DNA from: Gammaproteobacteria bacterium
GTDB lineage: Bacteria; Pseudomonadota; Gammaproteobacteria; Steroidobacterales; Woeseiaceae
Direction of reading: 5' to 3'
Assembly: GCA_029862045.1 (NCBI GenBank)
Contig: JAOTYE010000009.1
Coordinates: 39,314 to 103,313 of the forward strand
DNA length: 64,000 bases
Positions 57,615 to 64,000 of the stretch are shown here, piece by piece (position 1 is the first letter of the stretch; each line of letters starts with the position of its first letter). Below the pieces are notes generated by a model, which had not been told where the DNA came from, made no database searches, and worked only from the letters and a program-made list of their open reading frames with translations. The position numbers were made by a program, and so were the translations under genes.

Positions 57615-58033
57615 TCAGAGTCGTCGGGCAGGCCCTTCGGGCCGGGTGCGATCTGCAGGGCGAGCCAGGCGCTCGCAACAATGCCGAGAGCGGAAATAAT
57701 CGAGAACCAAAGCGGGTGCGGAATCACGATCAGATTCGCGATCGTAGCCGCAAGCACGAGGCCTCCGACGACGCCCACGAATAAAATTGGTCTCGCTTCG
57801 CCGATATAACAGGCAACGAGCGAGCCCGCAAACGTGCCGACGAACCACGCGAACATCGGGAACAATAGCGCGAGGACCGGCAAGGTCGCGATGTAGGGCC
57901 GAATGGCCTCTGGGTCGCTGAAGTCGAGGTCGGCCGGCGGCGGATAAATCGTGTGGCCGAGCAATTCTATGAACCAGATCAGTCCAAACGCGGTGACGAT
58001 GCCAACGACAAAAGCAGCAGCGTTGCGAATCAT
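57611..58033 (-). CDS. hypothetical four-TM membrane protein
   Basis: 140 aa. The start overlaps the amidohydrolase stop (ATGA), suggesting co-translation. No motif recognised. Confidence 0.55.
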   Translation of the reverse strand: MIRNAAAFVVGIVTAFGLIWFIELLGHTIYPPPADLDFSDPEAIRPYIATLPVLALLFPMFAWFVGTFAGSLVACYIGEARPILFVGVVGGLVLAATIANLIVIPHPLWFSIISALGIVASAWLALQIAPGPKGLPDDSD

Positions 58034-59475
58034 TTTCGATTCCTCTCTTGCAGGGCGCTCTGTATCTTTGCAGCCAGGGCCCTGGCCTCGGCCGTGACGC
58101 GATCTGTATCCACTGTCAATATCTCGCCTTCGCGCATGAGCACTGTACCATCGACGACCACCGATGCTACATCTTGTTCGTCACTGACGTAAACAAGATG
58201 TGAGACGACGTCATAGGTCGGCACATGATGAACATCATCGAAAGCGACCTGAATCACGTCAGCACGCTTGCCAACTTCGAGCGAACCAATCTCGGTTCCG
58301 AGGCCGATGGCCGTCGCGCCACCGCTTGTTGCCATCCGCAAGACGGTCCTGGCGGGCAGTACCTCCGGATTCATCTGCTCGACCTTCTGCAGGAATGCCG
58401 CCAGTCGCATTTCTTCCCACATGTCGAGATCGTTGTTGCTCGCCGCGCCATCTGTGCCGAGTCCGACGCGAACACCCGCCGCAAGCATGTCGGCAACCGG
58501 CGAGATTCCCGAAGCGATCTTCATGTTTGATGTCGGATTATGAATCACGCCAACCTTGCGCTCGGCGAGTATCAGGATCTCCGCATCGGTGGGCCAGACG
58601 ACGTGCGCCGCTATCGTCGGACCGTCGAAAAAGCCAATCGAGTCGAGCATTTCGATACTGGTCTTGCCGTAAGTGTCCTTCGCGTACTGCACCTCAAATG
58701 GTGACTCGGAGACATGAATGCTGATCGGTGTATCGAACTGCATCGCAACCTGACGTGTTTTTGCCAGTTGTTCGGCGTTCAGCGTGTAATTCGCATGCGG
58801 GCCGAAAATAGGTGTAATACGGCTGTTCTTGCCCTGCCAGCGCTCGATGTATCCGCTGCCTTTCTGTATTGAATCCGCCGCGCTCTCGGCGTCGGGGCTA
58901 CGTTGATCGATCACAGTCGCGGAAATCAGCGCGCGCATGCCGCAGTTGTCCACAACCTGTGCGATCGTATCCGGGTAGTAGTACATGTCGACAAACGTCG
59001 TGGTACCGCCGCGAATCATTTCCCAGCACGCGAGTTCGGTACCGATACGAACGAACTCGGCGTCGACGAATTGCACTTCGGCAGGGAACATATAGTTGTT
59101 GAGCCAGTCCATCAATGCGAGGTCGTCCGCAACGCCGCGCAAAAGAGTCATTGCTGCGTGCGAATGGCCATTGACGAGACCCGGCATGACAATTCGATTT
59201 TTGCCATCAAGTGTCTCGTGTGCCGGGTATTCCGCAGCAATTTCGGCGGCCGGGCCGATCGCGATGATTACGCCATCATCTATCGCGATAGCGCTGCCTT
59301 TGTGAACGGTTGCAGCCTCGTCCATGGTCACGATGTAATCACCAGCCACGATGAGGTCGATTTGGTTCCCGGACGTGTCAGTGGTCGGATCGGTGAGCGG
59401 CGCGGTGTCCTGACTGCAGGCAAGGAGTGCGAGCAGCGGCGTTATGAGTGCGGAGCGTTTGAGTATGTTCTTCAT
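58030..59475 (-). CDS. amidohydrolase family (TRZ/ATZ, nucleobase/nucleoside-deaminase-like) lipoprotein
   Basis: ATG 59475 gives MKNILKRSALITPLLALLAC|SQ. Metal motif PGLVNGHSHAAMT (HxH), later ISIHVSE and GLGTDGAASNN. Confidence 0.85.
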   Translation of the reverse strand: MKNILKRSALITPLLALLACSQDTAPLTDPTTDTSGNQIDLIVAGDYIVTMDEAATVHKGSAIAIDDGVIIAIGPAAEIAAEYPAHETLDGKNRIVMPGLVNGHSHAAMTLLRGVADDLALMDWLNNYMFPAEVQFVDAEFVRIGTELACWEMIRGGTTTFVDMYYYPDTIAQVVDNCGMRALISATVIDQRSPDAESAADSIQKGSGYIERWQGKNSRITPIFGPHANYTLNAEQLAKTRQVAMQFDTPISIHVSESPFEVQYAKDTYGKTSIEMLDSIGFFDGPTIAAHVVWPTDAEILILAERKVGVIHNPTSNMKIASGISPVADMLAAGVRVGLGTDGAASNNDLDMWEEMRLAAFLQKVEQMNPEVLPARTVLRMATSGGATAIGLGTEIGSLEVGKRADVIQVAFDDVHHVPTYDVVSHLVYVSDEQDVASVVVDGTVLMREGEILTVDTDRVTAEARALAAKIQSALQERNRK

Positions 59476-59491
59476 CCAGCCATTTTGACAC

Positions 59492-59517
59492 AAAAAAAGG
59501 GGCAGCAAAGCTGCCCC
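59492..59517 (-). terminator. rho-independent terminator downstream of the TonB-dependent receptor gene
   Basis: On the minus strand: GGGGCAGC-TTT-GCTGCCCC followed by TTTTTTT, 28 nt after the receptor stop codon. Confidence 0.75.
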
Positions 59518-59544
59518 TCATTGTCCCGCCTTGTACGTGTTTGC

Positions 59545-62500
59545 TCAGAAGCGGAAATTCAAGCCGAATTGGATTCGGTAGACCGAGGGCAGCCGCGCAA
59601 TCGCCGGCTCCGGCGCCATTGTGTCAGGACTGACCTGCGCGCTTGAAATCGGAGCATAGACATACTGTCCGCCTGCGATCGTAACATTGGCGAGCGCGAC
59701 GTTAGACGGCGCAGAGTAACTTTCCACCCGACCCCAGTCATCGTTGATCATGTTGCCAAGATTTTCGATATCCAGAGTCAACTCCAGTTTCTTGTCACTC
59801 CAGAGACTGACTTCCTGGCTTAGCCGCATGCTGACAATGTTGGTCCACCCGGTCTCGCAGGAATTTCGGGTCGTGATCTGGCCACGTCTTCCCCTAAGGC
59901 ATTTATTGCTGTCGATGAAGCTGTCGAGGTTGGACAGAAAAGTGGGGTCGCCGGTAACAATCGGGTCGGCGATGCCTGTCGGCACATAAAACAGGTGCGA
60001 ACCGGGGTTGTCGCCTTCGCTGCCGAAGTCAGCCAGGAATGTGCCGCCAAATGCCGCGTCTCCGCTGCCAAACACATAGGAGAAATGTCGTCCCGAGTTT
60101 CCGAGATAAATCAGGCTCACGCGACTCGCGTTGTCACCAAACAGCATGTGTTGCCAGTCGAAGGTCGCGGTAAACCGGTCCGAAACCTCGTACTTCGATG
60201 ACGACGTGGTCATGTTGTTGAAATCTGTGGTCGCGTCGAAGGCAAAGGACTCGTAGGTAATGAAACGGTTGTAAGCCCGGAGCTCGTCGGCATCGGTACT
60301 GGTGTATCCCACGGTGGCGTCAAACGTGCCGACATTGGTGTCCCAGGATTTGGCGACGTTGAGTGTGATAACCGTGCTATCGCCCTTGTTTGTGTTTTCC
60401 AGGATGTAGTCGCCGCCCAAGGGGGTGTTGTATATGTTGCGGCCATCAGGCGCGGTGCCGGTCACCGTGCGCCGACCTTCCCTGACGCTGAAGCCGTCTT
60501 TGACATCGGAGAAAATGATATCGGCAGACAGGTTCCAGTCGTCACCCAGGATGTACTCGGCGCCCAAACTGTATTTCCAGGTGCTCAGCGTTTCGAAATC
60601 TGGCGAAATTGCCTCGACATCCCCAGTTGGATCGATAGCATTGAACGGCTGCAGGAGTTCAAATGCGATGGTTGGGCTTGGCAATGCCGCGGCCAGTTCA
60701 TCGATGACTCCGAACGCGGCCCCGATACAAGGCACGCAGACAATATTGCGGGTAATCGCGTTGCCCTGGTAGCTGTTGGACAACATGATCAACGGTTCGC
60801 CACCGCCAAACAAGCCGGCGCCGCCCCTGATCGTAAGACGATCGGTAGGCGTCCAGTCAAAGCCAAACCGCGGCATCACCAAATCGTTGCCGTCGAGATT
60901 GAAGGTATTGTCAAACCCGTTTCGAGCTTCGAAGTTAGCGTTCAGCGGAACCTGGTCATCGTTGTCGTGCTCGTCGAAGCGCAGGCCGAATTTTAGTACC
61001 AGTTCGTCGGAGGCCGTCCACTCGTCCTGAACGTAGAAACTATTGGTGACCAGCTCGAACGCGCCGACCGCATCGGCAACCACTCCGCTCGTGGAGCCAC
61101 CGAATAACACCAGGCCGATATTACGCTGCTCAAAGTTATCAATGCCCGTGCGCTCGTCACCGGTACCAGGCAGACCATCGGGACCGTCATCGGGGAAGAA
61201 CGAATACTGACCGCGGGTAAACGGGACGAACGTATTGACGGTTTTCTTCGCCTCGCGTTCATAACCGACGGTGATGACATGATCGCCAATCGAATAGTCG
61301 GCTTTGAGTCGGAGCTGGTCAGACTCGTTGTCAAGCTGATTGTTGTGCCGGAAACGGTCGCCACCCGCGGTAATGAGCCCGCCACCGCCGGCCGTGATGG
61401 CAAAATCCGGTGTTGATGAGTCGATGCTCACCTGACGGTTCTTTACCTCTTTAGTACCGTATTTGAATTCCGTCGACAGGTTGTCTGTCCAGTTGGAGAA
61501 CAACTGGAACGAAAAGGCATCCAGTTCCTCGTTGATGTCATAGCGATTGGATTGCAGCACGGCCAGGTCCGGAAAATCATCGAACAGCACATCGCCGTCC
61601 GCGTTCTGGTAGCTGATGACCGCACGGTGATCGTCGTTGATGTACCAATCCAGTTTCAACAGGATTTTTTCATCCTCGTCGACATCGGTTGCGTCGAACG
61701 TACCGGGGTCGAAACCATATTCGGTCTGAAAGATGTTAATAACCCGGTCGACCTCCGCCGGAGTAACACCGACAATGTTTTCGATGGTCTGCGAGTTGGA
61801 CGGCCGGGTGGTCTCGAATTTTTCGTAATTCGCGAAGAAGAACAGCTTGTCCTTAATAATTGGCCCACCCAGAGTGAAGCCGTAAGTTTCCTCGTCAAAA
61901 TCGGCGATGCCGAGATCCACACCGTCTGATTTGTCGCCGGTGAAGCTGTCATCGGTTGAAAAATAGTAGGCGCTGCCTTCTAAATCGTTGGTACCTGACT
62001 TGGTGACAATATTGATATTGCCGCCGATAAAGGAGCCGAAAGTCACGTCGTATGGCGCCACATTGACAGTCAGGGCCTCGATCGCGTCGATCGAGATTGG
62101 CGTGCGCTGGGTAGCGGAAGCATTCTTGGACAAGCCGAAGTTATCGTTCTGCGCCACGCCATCGATCGTCAGGTTGTTATAGCGGAAATTGGCCCCCGCG
62201 ATCGATACGGCGGGTCCTCGGGCCACGCTATTGTCGACGAGGATTTTCGGATCTGTCGCCAAAGTGTTAACGAAATCGCGCGAAAGAGAAGGTGTGCCAT
62301 CGATCCTGCTACGGTCGAAAGAGCTGCCTACACCGACTGCCACGTCACCAGTCGGCGCTTCGGCAGTCACCGTGATTTCTTCGATCATTGGCCGCACCGG
62401 GAGATCGATGGTCTCGGTTTGGTCAAGCTTGACGTAGATGTCCTGCAGGACGTCAGCCGCATACTGACCGCCACTGATGACAGACACCTCGTAGGGCCCG

Positions 62501-62748
62501 CCAACGGCAAGGCCGCGAGCTGTCACGACGCCTTGATTGTTTGAAATAATAGTCTGCGAACGTCCGGTCGGCACATGAGTAACAGCTACAGAAACGCCGG
62601 TTGCAGGACCTCCGTCAACGGCCGTAACGTTTACACGGATCGACCCTGAAGTATTCTGCGCAAAGGCGGAGCCGAAAGATAGAATTGAAGACAGCGCGAC
62701 AAGCGCGCACAAGACAGGTAAACGTTTGATATTAAGAGATGTTTTCAC
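59545..62748 (-). CDS. TonB-dependent receptor with N-terminal carboxypeptidase-regulatory-like domain
   Basis: 1067 aa with a signal peptide. N-terminal Ig-like block GSIRVNVTAVDGGPATGVSVAVTHVPTGRS, then plug and barrel. C-terminus FGLNFRF. Confidence 0.9.
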   Translation of the reverse strand: MKTSLNIKRLPVLCALVALSSILSFGSAFAQNTSGSIRVNVTAVDGGPATGVSVAVTHVPTGRSQTIISNNQGVVTARGLAVGGPYEVSVISGGQYAADVLQDIYVKLDQTETIDLPVRPMIEEITVTAEAPTGDVAVGVGSSFDRSRIDGTPSLSRDFVNTLATDPKILVDNSVARGPAVSIAGANFRYNNLTIDGVAQNDNFGLSKNASATQRTPISIDAIEALTVNVAPYDVTFGSFIGGNINIVTKSGTNDLEGSAYYFSTDDSFTGDKSDGVDLGIADFDEETYGFTLGGPIIKDKLFFFANYEKFETTRPSNSQTIENIVGVTPAEVDRVINIFQTEYGFDPGTFDATDVDEDEKILLKLDWYINDDHRAVISYQNADGDVLFDDFPDLAVLQSNRYDINEELDAFSFQLFSNWTDNLSTEFKYGTKEVKNRQVSIDSSTPDFAITAGGGGLITAGGDRFRHNNQLDNESDQLRLKADYSIGDHVITVGYEREAKKTVNTFVPFTRGQYSFFPDDGPDGLPGTGDERTGIDNFEQRNIGLVLFGGSTSGVVADAVGAFELVTNSFYVQDEWTASDELVLKFGLRFDEHDNDDQVPLNANFEARNGFDNTFNLDGNDLVMPRFGFDWTPTDRLTIRGGAGLFGGGEPLIMLSNSYQGNAITRNIVCVPCIGAAFGVIDELAAALPSPTIAFELLQPFNAIDPTGDVEAISPDFETLSTWKYSLGAEYILGDDWNLSADIIFSDVKDGFSVREGRRTVTGTAPDGRNIYNTPLGGDYILENTNKGDSTVITLNVAKSWDTNVGTFDATVGYTSTDADELRAYNRFITYESFAFDATTDFNNMTTSSSKYEVSDRFTATFDWQHMLFGDNASRVSLIYLGNSGRHFSYVFGSGDAAFGGTFLADFGSEGDNPGSHLFYVPTGIADPIVTGDPTFLSNLDSFIDSNKCLRGRRGQITTRNSCETGWTNIVSMRLSQEVSLWSDKKLELTLDIENLGNMINDDWGRVESYSAPSNVALANVTIAGGQYVYAPISSAQVSPDTMAPEPAIARLPSVYRIQFGLNFRF

Positions 62749-62869
62749 GACTATCCCCCTAGTCTTCTTACGTTATTAGTGGCGAAAGTATAGCTCACGA
62801 ACAGCTACTCGACACGTATTTCGGCAGCTGTTACGAAATTGTTTTCAAGCAGATAGAATGGCCGCTTAA

Positions 62870-63751
62870 ATGAGTAAGCTACCGACATATACCACTCCGG
62901 AGGGAGGGCAGCTCACCGAGGCCATGCTAGCCGATTATGAGGAGGCTGGCGTGCTGATCCTGCAGGGGTTCGTCGCGACCGAGCAATGTCAGCGGCTGCG
63001 CGAGCATACGCTCGAACTCATCGATGCATTTGATCCGGCCGAAGTAAGGCACGTGTTTTCGGCGATGGAGCAAACGCAACTCGACGACCGCTATTTCGAA
63101 GAATCGGGCGACAAGATTCGTTTCTTTTTTGAGAGCGATGCGTTCGACGAGGCGGGCAATTTGCGGCAGGACAAAGAGCACAGCCTCAACAAGATGGGCC
63201 ATGCGATGCATGATCTCGATCCGGTGTTTGATGCGTTTTCGCGAACGCCGGAACTCAGGGAAGCGGCACGATGCATCGGTTTCGCGGATCCGGCCATTAT
63301 CCAGTCGATGTACATCTTCAAGCCACCGCGCATCGGCGGTGAAGTCTATTGCCACCAGGACTCGACGTTCATTTATACCGAACCCGAGTCCTGTGTCGGT
63401 TTCTGGTTCGCGCTCGAAGATGCGACGGTCGAGAACGGTTGTATGCATTTCATCCCGGGCGGACACCGGATGGGGTTGAAAGAACGTCATTACCGTGGGC
63501 CCGACGGCAAACTGTTGTTCGAGACGCTGGACGAGACGCCATGGCCCGAAGGTGCCGAGATCGCGGCCGAAGCGCCTGCCGGCACGTTGGTCATCTTCGA
63601 TGGCCGCGCGCCGCATTTGAGTGGCCCGAACCTGTCGGACAAATCGCGTCATGCCTATACGCTCCACCTTATCGACCAGGCCAGTCATTACCCTGCCGAG
63701 AACTGGCTGCAACGCAGCCCGGATTTGCCACTACGCGGCTTCCCTGCCTGA
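62870..63751 (+). CDS. phytanoyl-CoA dioxygenase (PhyH) family Fe(II)/2-oxoglutarate oxygenase
   Basis: Facial-triad candidates YCHQDSTF (H-x-D) and distal RHAYTLH. 293 aa. Confidence 0.8.
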   Translation: MSKLPTYTTPEGGQLTEAMLADYEEAGVLILQGFVATEQCQRLREHTLELIDAFDPAEVRHVFSAMEQTQLDDRYFEESGDKIRFFFESDAFDEAGNLRQDKEHSLNKMGHAMHDLDPVFDAFSRTPELREAARCIGFADPAIIQSMYIFKPPRIGGEVYCHQDSTFIYTEPESCVGFWFALEDATVENGCMHFIPGGHRMGLKERHYRGPDGKLLFETLDETPWPEGAEIAAEAPAGTLVIFDGRAPHLSGPNLSDKSRHAYTLHLIDQASHYPAENWLQRSPDLPLRGFPA

Positions 63752-63999
63752 TGCTGTTTACCGACGTTATTCGCACCAAGCGCGACGGGGGCGAGCTGTC
63801 CGATGAGCAGATTCAGTTTCTCGTCGACGGGCTCGCCGACGAAAGCATCCCGGCCGAGCAGGTATCGGCGCTGGCAATGGCCGTTGTCTTCAACTCGATG
63901 AGCTTTGACGAGACAGCGAACCTGACACTTGCGATGGCATCATCGGGTACCGTGCTCGACTGGTCGCAAGAAGAACTTGACGGTCCCGTTGTCGACAAA
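63751..63999 (+). CDS. deoA: thymidine phosphorylase, N-terminal part (3' end outside the window)
   Basis: ATG 63751 overlaps the PhyH stop (TGATG). MLFTDVIRTKRDGGELSDEQIQFLVDGLADESIPAEQVSALAMAVVFNSMSFDETANLTLAMASSGTVLDWS...GPVVDK aligns with the E. coli DeoA N-terminus as recalled. Confidence 0.85.
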   Translation, partial: MLFTDVIRTKRDGGELSDEQIQFLVDGLADESIPAEQVSALAMAVVFNSMSFDETANLTLAMASSGTVLDWSQEELDGPVVDK

Positions 64000-64000
64000 C

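Noticed and set aside
1-64000. CRISPR arrays, rRNA genes, additional tRNAs, insertion sequences and known defence systems.
   Set aside because: Scanning the intergenic regions showed no regularly spaced short repeats, no rRNA-like sequence, no second cloverleaf and no transposase- or defence-type ORFs. This was a visual scan only, so small or degenerate elements could have been missed.

Overview
Chromosomal segment from a Gram-negative, moderately GC-rich bacterium. Gene content suggests a marine gammaproteobacterium, but that is inference only. About 65 protein-coding genes are supported, mostly envelope, transport and hydrolase functions. They include two TonB-dependent receptors, an arylsulfatase next to two tandem DUF3604 paralogues, two sulfotransferases (one truncated by the window edge) and several secreted metallopeptidases (M64, M48-TPR, M3/PepF, DUF885). 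Also present are an ExeM/NucH nuclease, a LolA-like/FtsX/FtsX/ATPase/OMP export cluster, an ECF sigma/anti-sigma pair, a five-gene heme-copper oxidase operon and a split deoB...deoA nucleoside module. The only intact RNA gene is tRNA-Gly(CCC) at 15838-15911. The most unusual feature lies upstream of it. The tRNA promoter region plus the first 37 nt of the tRNA recur as direct repeats at 3676-3946 (R1) and 13835-14103 (R2). In both copies this is fused to the same conserved ~140-nt non-tRNA tail. An internally deleted relic (R0) sits at 2882-2932. These copies delimit three cargo blocks (0.7, 9.9 and 1.6 kb) that contain no integrase. This could be a tandem island array built by 5'-side tRNA replacement, a tRNA-derived structured RNA family, or both. 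A second unexplained element is a pair of homologous, oppositely oriented long hairpins at 56218-56358. No CRISPR array, rRNA, integrase, transposase, phage or recognisable defence genes were seen. All family calls rest on motifs read by eye from the translations; no database search was possible.
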